The translations under genes and the position numbers were made by a program. 20,878 bases of DNA from Vulcanimicrobiaceae bacterium (GTDB lineage Bacteria > Vulcanimicrobiota > Vulcanimicrobiia > Vulcanimicrobiales > Vulcanimicrobiaceae), in contig JBHEMM010000019.1 in assembly GCA_046262595.1 (NCBI GenBank), positions 24,197-45,074 of the forward strand, in the 5' to 3' direction. The notes beneath the pieces were generated by a model. The model was not told where the DNA came from. It searched no databases and worked only from the letters and a program-made list of their open reading frames with translations. Below, in pieces: positions 1-7,905 of this stretch. Every line of letters begins with the position of its first letter. The first letter of the stretch is position 1.

Positions 1-254
1 CCCTCGACCCGGTCAGGGGCGACTTCGGGCTCACCGCCCTGCGGGCCAAGGCTGTGAGCCAGCTCGAAGGAAGCGGCCTGCCGGCGTCCACCGATCCCTA
101 CTGGCGCTTCGGGGCAACCGTCCTCGGGCCGGTCTTCACCGGCTTCGCCGGAAAGTCGATTGCGGCACGAACGTCAGTCGAGCTGCGTTTGTATCGAACG
201 ACGGGCAGTACGGCGGCAACGGCTGGGTTCATCGGCCTGCGTTTGAGCCTTTAA
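1..254 (+). CDS. 3' end of a hypothetical protein, possibly an outer-membrane beta-barrel (partial, runs off the window start)
   Basis: The frame is open from base 3 ([18 protein letters not shown]...) to TAA at 252-254. The C-terminus GFIGLRLSL has the alternating hydrophobic pattern of a terminal beta-strand. Confidence 0.5.
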   Translation, partial: LDPVRGDFGLTALRAKAVSQLEGSGLPASTDPYWRFGATVLGPVFTGFAGKSIAARTSVELRLYRTTGSTAATAGFIGLRLSL

Positions 255-258
255 GATT

Positions 259-284
259 GGAACTAAAGATTCGAGCACGGGGTT
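259..284 (+). promoter_or_regulatory. Possible ECF (SigH/SigR-type) stress promoter for clpC
   Basis: GGAAC (259-263)-N18-GTT (282-284) matches the actinobacterial SigH/SigR consensus GGAAY-N17/18-GTT. The motif is short and could be chance. Confidence 0.3.
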
Positions 285-372
285 ATGCGGTGTCACCGGT
301 TCGCAACCAATCAGGGTAAGTACGTCACCAGGTCGCTGCGGCCGGCAGCGAAGGGAGTTTAAGGAACAGACC

Positions 373-2871
373 ATGTCAATGTGGGAACCGTTCACCGAAC
401 GCGCGCGGCGCAGCATCGTGCTGGCACAAGAAGAAGCGCAACGCTTGGGGAACAACTACATCGGAACCGAGCACATTCTGCTCGGGATTATCTCCGAGGG
501 CGAGAGCCTTGCCGCCAAAGTGCTCGAGACGCTGGGCGTCAATCTGGCCAAAGTACGCCAAGAAGTCGAAGCGATTGTCGGCCGCGGCGGACAGACGGTT
601 CAGCAAGAGATGGTCTTCACGCCCCGCGCCAAGCGCGTCATCGAACTGGCTTTTGAAGAAGCGCGTCAGCTCAATCACAATTATATCGGTACCGAGCATC
701 TGCTCTTGGGCCTGATCCGCGAGGGCGAAGGCGTGGCAGCGCGCGTGCTCACGAATTTGGGCGTCGATCCTGCAAAAGTGCGCGTGCAAACCACCTCGCT
801 GCTGGGCGCCGAAGGGCAGCCTCCGGCACCAAAAGGCAAGAGCAAGACGCCGACGCTCGACGCGTACGGCCGCGATCTCACGCAGCTCGCGAGGGAGAAT
901 AAACTCGATCCCGTCATTGGGCGGGCTTCCGAAATCGAGCGCGTCATCCAGATTCTCTCGCGGCGTACGAAGAACAATCCCGCGCTCATCGGTGAACCGG
1001 GCGTCGGCAAAACGGCGATCGCCGAAGGTCTCGCGCAACGCGTCATCAAGGGTGACATCCCCGAGCCGCTGCGCGACAAACGCGTAATCACGCTCGATTT
1101 GGCGGGCCTGGTCGCCGGCACGAAGTACCGCGGCGAGTTCGAAGAACGCATGAAGCGCGTGATGGATGAAATCCGCGCCGCCGCGGGCGAAATCATCCTC
1201 TTCATCGACGAACTGCATACGCTCGTCGGAGCGGGCGCCGCCGAAGGCGCCATCGACGCGAGCAACATCATCAAACCCGCGCTCGCGCGCGGCGAGCTGC
1301 AATGCATCGGCGCGACGACGCTGAATGAATTCCGCAAGCATATCGAAAAAGACTCGGCGCTGGAGCGGCGGTTCCAGCCGGTGATGGTCGGCGAACCGTC
1401 GTTAGAGGAAACGGTCGAGATTCTCAAGGGTCTGCGCGACCGCTACGAAGCGCATCACAAAGTGCAGATTACCGATGAAGCGCTGGCAGCCGCGGCGAAA
1501 CTGGGCGACCGGTACATCACCGATCGTTTCTTGCCCGACAAAGCGGTCGATCTGATCGACGAGGCGGCCTCGCGCGTGCGCCTGCAGGCAACGCTGCCGC
1601 CGCAAGAGATTCGCGATATCGACGCTCAACTGCGCAAAGTCATCGTTGAAAAAGAAGCGGTCGTAAAATCGCAAGAGTTCGACAAAGCTGCCGAGCTGCG
1701 CGACCGCGAAGAGAAGATCCGCCTCGAAAAAGCGCGCCTCGAAAAAGAGTGGCAAGACAAGCGCGCGCAAAGCGACAAGGTGATCAAAGTCACGGAAGAA
1801 GATATCGCGTACATCGTTTCGTCGTGGACCAAGATTCCGGTGAGCCGCCTGGCTCAGGCCGAAACGCAGAAGCTGCTGAACATGGCCGAATCGCTGCACA
1901 AACGCGTTGTCGGCCAGGAAGAAGCAATCAACGTGATCGTGCGCGCCATCCGCCGCTCGCGCGCCGGCTTGAAGAATCCGAACCGGCCTATCGGCTCGTT
2001 CATGTTTCTGGGCCCGACGGGCGTGGGCAAGACGGAAGTCGCGCGCAGCGTGGCGGAGTTCTTGTTCGACGATTCGGATTCGATGGTCCGCATCGACATG
2101 TCGGAATACATGGAGAAGTATGCCGTCTCACGTCTGGTCGGCGCACCTCCGGGATACGTCGGCTATGAAGAAGGCGGCCAGCTCACCGAAGCCGTGCGCC
2201 GGCGTCCGTACGCCGTCGTGCTGCTCGACGAAGTGGAAAAAGCGCATCCGGACGTGTTTAACCTGCTGCTGCAGGTCCTCGACGACGGACGCCTGACGGA
2301 TTCACAAGGGCGCCAGGTCGACTTCAAAAACGCCGTGATCATTATGACGTCGAACGTCGGCGCCACCGGCATGCAGACGACGAGTGACATCGGTTTCCGC
2401 ACCAGCAAGACGACGGACGAGGATGAAGCGCGTCAGTACGAGCGCATGAAGAACAAAGTGCTCGAAGAAGTCAAGCATACGTTCCGGCCGGAGTTTCTCA
2501 ACCGCTTGGATGAAGTGGTCGTTTTTCATCAACTTACGCGCCCGCAGATCGAAGAGATTGTGGGCCTGGAGCTCGAGAAAGTCATGCGCGAGGTCAAGGC
2601 GCAAGACATGCATCTCGAAGTCACCGAAGAAGCCAAAGCGCTGCTTGCGAAAAAAGGCTGGGACCCGCAGTACGGCGCGCGTCCGCTGCGCCGGGCGATT
2701 CAGCGCGAAGTGGAAGACGAGCTTGCCGAAGAGATGCTGCGCGGCCGCTTCGGCCCCGGAGCCCGCATTTTGGCGGAAGTCGACCCCGGCAACCCGGAGA
2801 AGCTGCGCTTCAGCAAAATACCGGGCATCGAACCGCCTGCGGCGCCGCAGCCCGAACACGCGACGAACTGA
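373..2871 (+). CDS. clpC: ATP-dependent Clp protease ATP-binding subunit ClpC
   Basis: 832 aa. Double Clp-N repeat, Walker A GEPGVGKT and GPTGVGKT, Walker B ILFIDE and VLLDEVE, a short UVR-type middle domain ([13 protein letters not shown]) and the ClpP-docking IGF loop. RBS AAGGA upstream. Confidence 0.96.
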   Translation: MSMWEPFTERARRSIVLAQEEAQRLGNNYIGTEHILLGIISEGESLAAKVLETLGVNLAKVRQEVEAIVGRGGQTVQQEMVFTPRAKRVIELAFEEARQLNHNYIGTEHLLLGLIREGEGVAARVLTNLGVDPAKVRVQTTSLLGAEGQPPAPKGKSKTPTLDAYGRDLTQLARENKLDPVIGRASEIERVIQILSRRTKNNPALIGEPGVGKTAIAEGLAQRVIKGDIPEPLRDKRVITLDLAGLVAGTKYRGEFEERMKRVMDEIRAAAGEIILFIDELHTLVGAGAAEGAIDASNIIKPALARGELQCIGATTLNEFRKHIEKDSALERRFQPVMVGEPSLEETVEILKGLRDRYEAHHKVQITDEALAAAAKLGDRYITDRFLPDKAVDLIDEAASRVRLQATLPPQEIRDIDAQLRKVIVEKEAVVKSQEFDKAAELRDREEKIRLEKARLEKEWQDKRAQSDKVIKVTEEDIAYIVSSWTKIPVSRLAQAETQKLLNMAESLHKRVVGQEEAINVIVRAIRRSRAGLKNPNRPIGSFMFLGPTGVGKTEVARSVAEFLFDDSDSMVRIDMSEYMEKYAVSRLVGAPPGYVGYEEGGQLTEAVRRRPYAVVLLDEVEKAHPDVFNLLLQVLDDGRLTDSQGRQVDFKNAVIIMTSNVGATGMQTTSDIGFRTSKTTDEDEARQYERMKNKVLEEVKHTFRPEFLNRLDEVVVFHQLTRPQIEEIVGLELEKVMREVKAQDMHLEVTEEAKALLAKKGWDPQYGARPLRRAIQREVEDELAEEMLRGRFGPGARILAEVDPGNPEKLRFSKIPGIEPPAAPQPEHATN

Positions 2872-2878
2872 CGTCTGC

Positions 2879-3277
2879 CTATTGACGCAGGGTCGTCACT
2901 GCGGCAAACGCGATCGCAATCGCGACGACATCTTCCGTCGCTCCGGCCGGAACCGCGCCAATCAATCCGATGAGGCGCATCCGCAACCGGTGGCCTGCGA
3001 ACGTTCCGATGAGTGCGCCGGCGACGCCGATGGCAGCGCCGGCAGCTTCGGCAGCGATCCAGCCCATGAAGCCGCCGCTCGCACAGCGCGCGATCGCTGG
3101 CCCGATCGTTGTGCGCGAGGGGCATTGCGGCAAAAGATCGACGGCGTATTCGCCGATTGCGCCCAGAATAAAGACGATTCCCCACGTGCCGCCGCGGAAG
3201 CCGAAAAAGACCGCCTCGCCCGTAAGCGTTCGCAAGCCGGCGACAATACCGAAGAGCAGAGCCGCAACGAGACTCAT
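2879..3277 (-). CDS. Small membrane protein (DUF4126-like)
   Basis: 132 aa from ATG 3277 (MSLVAALLFGIVAGLRTLT...GEYAVDLLPQCPSRT...EDVVAI). Hydrophobic, Gly/Ala-rich helices. The start is supported by the leaderless promoter. Confidence 0.75.
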   Translation of the reverse strand: MSLVAALLFGIVAGLRTLTGEAVFFGFRGGTWGIVFILGAIGEYAVDLLPQCPSRTTIGPAIARCASGGFMGWIAAEAAGAAIGVAGALIGTFAGHRLRMRLIGLIGAVPAGATEDVVAIAIAFAAVTTLRQ

Positions 3278-3283
3278 GGGGTC

Positions 3284-3312
3284 AGTATAGTGGCACGCAG
3301 TATCTAAAGCAA
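3284..3312 (-). promoter_or_regulatory. Sigma70-type promoter giving a leaderless mRNA
   Basis: Minus strand TTGCTT (3312-3307)-N17-TATACT (3289-3284), then 6 nt, then ATG at 3277 as the predicted +1. Confidence 0.7.
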
Positions 3313-3331
3313 CGTAAGCGAAGCACCTGCC

Positions 3332-6202
3332 ATGCATCAGATCGCGCTGCTTCTTTCGCTCGTCACCTCGGCGATGTTCTCGCATTTAGACTTTCGCAAC
3401 ATCGGACCGCTGCCCGGACGCATCGATACGGTTTCGGGCGTTTCGGGCGATCCGCGTGTTTACTACGGCGGCGGTCTGGGCGGTCTGTTCAAAAGCAGCG
3501 ACGGCGGCGTTTCGTGGGAACCGGTTTTTCATCAGCAGTCGGTCAGTTCGATCGGCGCGGTTGCGGTTGCACCGTCGGATCCTTCGATCGTTTACGCCGG
3601 AACGGGCGAACCGAATCTGCGCAACGACGTCGCCTTCGGCAACGGCGTGTACAAGTCGAGCGACGCAGGCGCAACGTGGCAGCACGTCGGCTTGGATGCG
3701 AGCGGTTCGGTTGCGCGCATCGCGATCGATCCTGTTGATCCGCAGCGCGTCTTTGTGGCGGTCTCGGGCGATTTCTACGCTGCGAACGGCGAGCGGGGTA
3801 TCTTTAAGACAACCGACGGCGGCACGACCTGGCGCAAGGTGCTCTCCTCCGGCGAACGCACCGGCGCCTCGTCCGTCGCAATCGATCCGCGCGATCCCAA
3901 GCACCTGATCGCCGGCATGTGGGAGGCATGGCGCACGCCGTATCATCTCAACAGCGGCGGCAAAGACGACGGTTTATACGCGTCCTCCGACGGCGGCGAA
4001 CATTGGGCGCGTCTGCAAGGCAACGGACTGCCGGGCGGCACCATGGGCCGCATCGACGTGCGCTTCGCGCCCGGAAATCCCAAACGCGTGTACGCGCTGA
4101 TCGAGTCGAATGAGGGGACGCTTTGGCGCAGCGACGACGGCGGTAAAACATGGGCGGTGATCAACACAAGTCACGGTATCGATCAGCGTCCGTTTTACTT
4201 CACCACGATGGCGGTCGATCCGAAAGACGAGAATCACCTGTTCTTCATGTCGGTGCAGATGTGGGAGTCCAAAGACGGCGGCAAAACGGCGAAAACGTTG
4301 CGCGGCACGCGCGGGGGAGACTACCACGCCCTCTGGATCGACCCGCAGGATCCGCATCGCATGGTTGCGGGCGATGACGGCGGCATCCAGTACACCGTCG
4401 GCGCGCCCAAAGGCTGGACCAGCGCGGCGGTTGCCGTATCGCAGCCGTACCACGTGGATACCGACAACCGCGTTCCGTACACGGTGTGCGCGGAAACGCA
4501 AGATTCGGGCAGCGCGTGCGGTTCGAGTACGAACACGGCATCGAACCGCGGCGATTGGTTTTATGCGGGCGGCGGCGAGAGCGGATGGATCGTGTTCGAT
4601 CGCGGGAACTCGAATCTCATCTACGGCGACGGCTACCAGGGCGCCCTCACGGAATACGACCGCCGCACGGATCAGGCGCGTGCTATCGACGTATGGCCGG
4701 AGGATGCGATGGGTTGGGCGGCCGCGGCTCTGAAGTACCGCTTCCAATGGACTTCGCCGCTGGCAGTGAGCGCGCATCACGCTCACCGCCTGTTTATGGG
4801 CGGCAATAAAGTGTTCGCAACGGACGACGGCGGCCAGCATTGGCGCGCGATCAGCGGCGATCTCACCCGAAATGCGAAGCAGTTTGAGCAGTTTTCCGGA
4901 GGTCTGACGCGCGATAACACCAGCGTCGAATACTACGACACGGTTTTCAGCATTGCCGAGTCGCCGCTGCGCGCGGGCACGTTGTGGGCCGGCACCGACG
5001 ACGGGTATGTGTGGGTGACCCGCGACGAAGGCGCCCATTGGAACAACGTGACGCCGGCCGCAATGCGGGCTGACGCGCCCGGCGCGTGGGGCCGCGTGGA
5101 TGGCGTCGCGCCGTCGCCGTTCGACCCGGCGGTCGCATACATGACGGCGGATTATCACAAGTCGGGCAGCCGCGTTCCGCACTTGTATCGCACGGCAGAC
5201 TACGGGCGCACGTGGACCGCGATCGCGCAAACGCTTCCGCAGGACAGCTACGCGCGTATGGTCCGGCCCGATCCCGTGCGCCGCGGCATGTTGTACGCGG
5301 GAACAGAAACCGGCCTGTGGCTTTCATACGACGACGGCGCGCATTGGATGGCGCTAAACACGAATCTGCCCACCGCTCCCGTGTACGACTTTCACGTTCA
5401 GCGCCAATTCGATGACCTCGTGGTTGCAACGCACGGCCGCGGCATCTGGATATTGGACAATCTGCACGCCTTGCAGGAGTTGAATGATGCCGCCGCCGCG
5501 CAGCCGCTGCATCTGTTCACGCTGCGTCCTGCGTACCGTTCCGTGAGCGGTCAAGAAGCGCTGATCGACTTCTTCCTTAAGCAGCCGCCCGCGAGCGGCG
5601 GCGTACGCGTCGAAGTTTTGCAGGACGGGCGCGTGATCCGCACGCTTGCGGTGGAGAAGCCCGCGGCGGGCATCAACCGGGTGCGTTGGAATCTGCAATA
5701 CGAAGATCTCAAGCCGGTGAAAAACTACGTACCGTGGGGATCCGGCGGCTTCGACGGTCCGGCAGTGCTGCCGGGAAGGTACACGGTGCGCGTGACGGCG
5801 GGCGGCATCTCGCGCACGGGGAGCCTGCAAGTGCGGCTCGACCCTCGCGTACACGTCGCAGCAACGGCGCTGCGCGAGCAGTTGACGTTCATTCAGCGCG
5901 CCCGGGGCGACCTGTCCTCCCTTACCGCGCTCATCAACCGCCTCAATGTTCTCAAAGCGAAAAACGGCCGCAACGCGGCAAAGATCGATGCCTTGCTGCA
6001 CCGCATCTACGAGCCCGAGGTCACGGAAGGCGAGGATGCGCTTCGCTACCCGCAGCAAGTGTACGGCAAGATTGCCTACCTGGCCGGAAACGCCGGCGCG
6101 AGCGATGCGCGCCCTACGGCGTCCGACTATGCCGTGCTCAACGCGCTCGAAACGCGCGCGCGCGCGCTCGAACGGGAAGCCCGGTCGCTGACCACGCCGT
6201 GA
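3332..6202 (+). CDS. Secreted BNR/Asp-box (VPS10/sortilin-like) beta-propeller glycosyl hydrolase-like protein
   Basis: 956 aa. Many S/T-x-D-G-G-x-x-W Asp-box repeats, the family motifs FRNIGP, YAGTGE, QRPFYF and ATHGRGIWI, a hydrophobic N-terminus, and a C-terminal Ig-like (PGRYTVRV) plus helical region. Confidence 0.85.
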   Translation: MHQIALLLSLVTSAMFSHLDFRNIGPLPGRIDTVSGVSGDPRVYYGGGLGGLFKSSDGGVSWEPVFHQQSVSSIGAVAVAPSDPSIVYAGTGEPNLRNDVAFGNGVYKSSDAGATWQHVGLDASGSVARIAIDPVDPQRVFVAVSGDFYAANGERGIFKTTDGGTTWRKVLSSGERTGASSVAIDPRDPKHLIAGMWEAWRTPYHLNSGGKDDGLYASSDGGEHWARLQGNGLPGGTMGRIDVRFAPGNPKRVYALIESNEGTLWRSDDGGKTWAVINTSHGIDQRPFYFTTMAVDPKDENHLFFMSVQMWESKDGGKTAKTLRGTRGGDYHALWIDPQDPHRMVAGDDGGIQYTVGAPKGWTSAAVAVSQPYHVDTDNRVPYTVCAETQDSGSACGSSTNTASNRGDWFYAGGGESGWIVFDRGNSNLIYGDGYQGALTEYDRRTDQARAIDVWPEDAMGWAAAALKYRFQWTSPLAVSAHHAHRLFMGGNKVFATDDGGQHWRAISGDLTRNAKQFEQFSGGLTRDNTSVEYYDTVFSIAESPLRAGTLWAGTDDGYVWVTRDEGAHWNNVTPAAMRADAPGAWGRVDGVAPSPFDPAVAYMTADYHKSGSRVPHLYRTADYGRTWTAIAQTLPQDSYARMVRPDPVRRGMLYAGTETGLWLSYDDGAHWMALNTNLPTAPVYDFHVQRQFDDLVVATHGRGIWILDNLHALQELNDAAAAQPLHLFTLRPAYRSVSGQEALIDFFLKQPPASGGVRVEVLQDGRVIRTLAVEKPAAGINRVRWNLQYEDLKPVKNYVPWGSGGFDGPAVLPGRYTVRVTAGGISRTGSLQVRLDPRVHVAATALREQLTFIQRARGDLSSLTALINRLNVLKAKNGRNAAKIDALLHRIYEPEVTEGEDALRYPQQVYGKIAYLAGNAGASDARPTASDYAVLNALETRARALEREARSLTTP

Positions 6203-6211
6203 CGGGGCCGC

Positions 6212-6264
6212 TTGATGACTCCTTGATGGCAGAGGAGCGTGATTTTTGATGACATTTTTATGGC
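6212..6264. repeat. 19-bp imperfect direct repeat upstream of the WYL gene; candidate operator
   Basis: TTGATGACTCCTTGATGGC (6212-6230) and TTGATGACATTTTTATGGC (6246-6264), 15/19 identical. Confidence 0.5.
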
Positions 6265-6281
6265 CGGGGACCGGCGCATAG

Positions 6282-6296
6282 TGCCACAATTGTGGT
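6282..6296 (+). promoter_or_regulatory. Extended -10 promoter giving a leaderless WYL mRNA, overlapped by a 12-bp palindrome
   Basis: TGc-CACAAT (6282-6290), then 6 nt, then ATG 6297, with no Shine-Dalgarno. CCACAATTGTGG (6284-6295) is a perfect palindrome. Confidence 0.55.
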
Positions 6297-7292
6297 ATGG
6301 AACGCACGAACGAGCCGAAGATTGTGTTGCTGGTCCGGCTGCTCAACGCGATTGACGAAGGCCGCTTTTCGTTCGAAGAACTTAAAGACCGCATTGCCGA
6401 GGGAGAACACAAGCCGAGCACGCGCAGCCTGCGCCGCTATTTGGCAGTGCTTGCGGACGCGGGCTTCCCGTGGTACTTCGATCGCGCCACCAACACGTAC
6501 CGGTTTACCGAAGGTTACAGCCTCAAACGCCTGGAGCTCAACAGCAGCGAACTGTTCGGTCTGGTCGCGCTGCGCGCCATCAGCGCCAGTTTGAAGGGCG
6601 CCATCGGCACGTACGTTGACGAAGTGACCGCCAAGATCGTTGGCTCGAGCGGCAGCGGGGCGAAGGAACGGTTGCAGGCGCCCTCGCCGGTCGCGTTCCG
6701 CCTGAGCGAGATCGCGCTGGATGTGCAGGGAGAACAGATATTCAGCCGTCTCTCCTCGGCCGAACGCAGTTCGCGCAGTGTGCGGTTCCAATACCAGGAC
6801 AAAGAAGGCAATACGTCCACGCGCACGGCCGACCCCTACGGCTTTGTCGTGGGCGGCGGACGCGTGTACTGCGTGGCGCACGATCGCGACCGGCGCGGCA
6901 TGCGGACGTTCGCGGTCGACAACATGACCGACCTCACGGTGCTGGCGCAGACGTTTACCAAGCCGCAAAATTTCAGCGTCGAAGACTTTGCCTCGAGCTC
7001 GATCAGCGGCGTGCTGCACAGTTCGCAAACCGCGGAAGTGCGCGTGCGGTTCGCACCGCGCGTCGCGAAGGCGGCAATCGCCGCGCGCGTCGTGGCGGAT
7101 CGCGCCGTGAGCCGATCGGCCGACGGTTCGGTCGAGATAACGTACACCGTCGCGGACGTTGACGAACTGACGCGCTGGGTTTTGGGTTGGGGCGCACAGG
7201 CCGAGATCGTGGCGCCGGCGGAAGCACGCGCCAAAGTCCAGATGCTCATCTCCGAGATCGCGACGAAGTACGAACTTCCGGTCTCGCGCTAA
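6297..7292 (+). CDS. HTH-WYL-WCX transcriptional regulator (YafY/PafBC/DriD-like)
   Basis: 331 aa. N-terminal winged HTH (FSFEELK...STRSLRRYLAVLADAGFP), WYL domain (VRFQY...RTADPYGF...VYCVAHD...RTFAVDNM) and WCX C-terminus (WVLGWGAQAEIVAP). Confidence 0.9.
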   Translation: MERTNEPKIVLLVRLLNAIDEGRFSFEELKDRIAEGEHKPSTRSLRRYLAVLADAGFPWYFDRATNTYRFTEGYSLKRLELNSSELFGLVALRAISASLKGAIGTYVDEVTAKIVGSSGSGAKERLQAPSPVAFRLSEIALDVQGEQIFSRLSSAERSSRSVRFQYQDKEGNTSTRTADPYGFVVGGGRVYCVAHDRDRRGMRTFAVDNMTDLTVLAQTFTKPQNFSVEDFASSSISGVLHSSQTAEVRVRFAPRVAKAAIAARVVADRAVSRSADGSVEITYTVADVDELTRWVLGWGAQAEIVAPAEARAKVQMLISEIATKYELPVSR

Positions 7293-7305
7293 ACGGACAT
7301 ACATC

Positions 7306-7339
7306 AAAAACCCCGATGACTTTTACGTCACCGGGGTTT
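7306..7339 (-). terminator. Intrinsic terminator of ncRNA-A, possibly bidirectional with the WYL gene
   Basis: Minus strand CCCCGGUGAC-GUAAAA-GUCAUCGGGG followed by UUUUU. The G-U pair forms only on the minus strand. Confidence 0.8.
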
Positions 7340-7501
7340 GAACGTATTCGCCGGTTTGCGCCTGTCAGAATTCCGGTAAAAGAAATCGACTGACGCCGCC
7401 GTACGTTTGGCCGGCTCACTCGGGACCGCGGCTTTCACCGCTGTCCGTCAACATGTTCCGGTTGCGGCTTTTACGTTTGCCGCCCTTCAATCGCTTGAAG
7501 T
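7306..7501 (-). ncRNA. Putative structured ncRNA-A (~196 nt), paralog of 7657-7857
   Basis: Bounded by a promoter and a terminator. Hairpins CUUCAA-GCGA-UUGAAG, GCGGC/GCCGC and a GAAA-capped stem. Shares ordered motifs with ncRNA-B. No conserved ORF. Confidence 0.75.
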
Positions 7502-7507
7502 TCTTGC

Positions 7508-7536
7508 ATGGTATCATCCGGAAAATCACTTTGCAA
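7508..7536 (-). promoter_or_regulatory. Sigma70-type promoter of ncRNA-A
   Basis: Minus strand TTGCAA (7536-7531)-N17-TACCAT (7513-7508) with an extended-10 TG. Predicted +1 is A7501. Confidence 0.8.
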
Positions 7537-7549
7537 GAGCGCGATGCAG

Positions 7550-7658
7550 CGACTCACAGCATATGCACAAAAACTTTCAGTTGTTCGCCGTTTGTGCACT
7601 CGGCGGAGCGCGCTCCTCAATTCGCGATTACTCACACGTTGTGCACGCAGGTGCATAA
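7550..7658. promoter_or_regulatory. DnaA-box-like cluster upstream of the ncRNA-A promoter
   Basis: Against TTWTNCACA: ATATGCACA 7561 (1 mismatch), TTACTCACA 7628 (1), TTGTGCACG 7639 (2), reverse TTATGCACC 7650-7658 (1), TTGTGCACT 7592 (2), CGACTCACA 7550 (3). Several are spaced 11 bp apart. Confidence 0.55.
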
Positions 7659-7695
7659 AAAAACAGAAGCCCCGAATGTTCATCCGGAGCTTCCG
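7657..7695 (-). terminator. Intrinsic terminator of ncRNA-B
   Basis: Minus strand CGGAAGCUCCGGAU-GAAC-AUUCGGGGCUUCUG followed by UUUUUUU. G-U pairs fix the minus orientation. Confidence 0.85.
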
Positions 7696-7857
7696 GCGTA
7701 TGTCTTTCTCGCTCGTGCCTGTTTGGCTCCGGTGAAGAAACCCTACTGACCACCGCTTGAAAGTCCGGCCGTTTCACTCGTATCGCCGTCATGCGGCTGC
7801 ATCGTCAACATGGCCCGGCCGCGACGACACGTTCGCCGCACTTCGTTTCATCGAAGT
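7657..7857 (-). ncRNA. Putative structured ncRNA-B (~201 nt), paralog of 7306-7501
   Basis: Bounded by a promoter and a terminator. Hairpins ACUUCG/CGAAGU and GCGGCGA/UCGUCGC. Shares CAUGUUGACG, CGAGUGA, GUCAGU, UUUCUU..ACCGGA, ACAGGC and AUACG with ncRNA-A in the same order. Confidence 0.75.
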
Positions 7858-7863
7858 GTCTGA

Positions 7864-7892
7864 ATGGTAGCACCGTACAAATGTCGTAGCAA
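7864..7892 (-). promoter_or_regulatory. Sigma70-type promoter of ncRNA-B
   Basis: Minus strand TTGCTA (7892-7887)-N17-TACCAT (7869-7864) with an extended-10 TG. Predicted +1 is A7857. Confidence 0.8.
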
Positions 7893-7905
7893 GTAGCCGG
7901 GTGCC

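Noticed and set aside
7407..7749. Short ORFs in the ncRNA region (7407-7658, 7453-7749, 7508-7735, 7471-7683)
   Set aside because: No recognisable domains or RBS, they cross terminator hairpins, and none is conserved between the two repeat units.
7416..7811. AUG within the shared CAUGUUGACG motif as a leader or toxin peptide start
   Set aside because: The peptides differ in length and sequence after MLT (MLTDSGESRGPE versus MLTMQPHDGDTSETAGLSSGGQ), CGAGUGA falls in different frames, and there is no SD.
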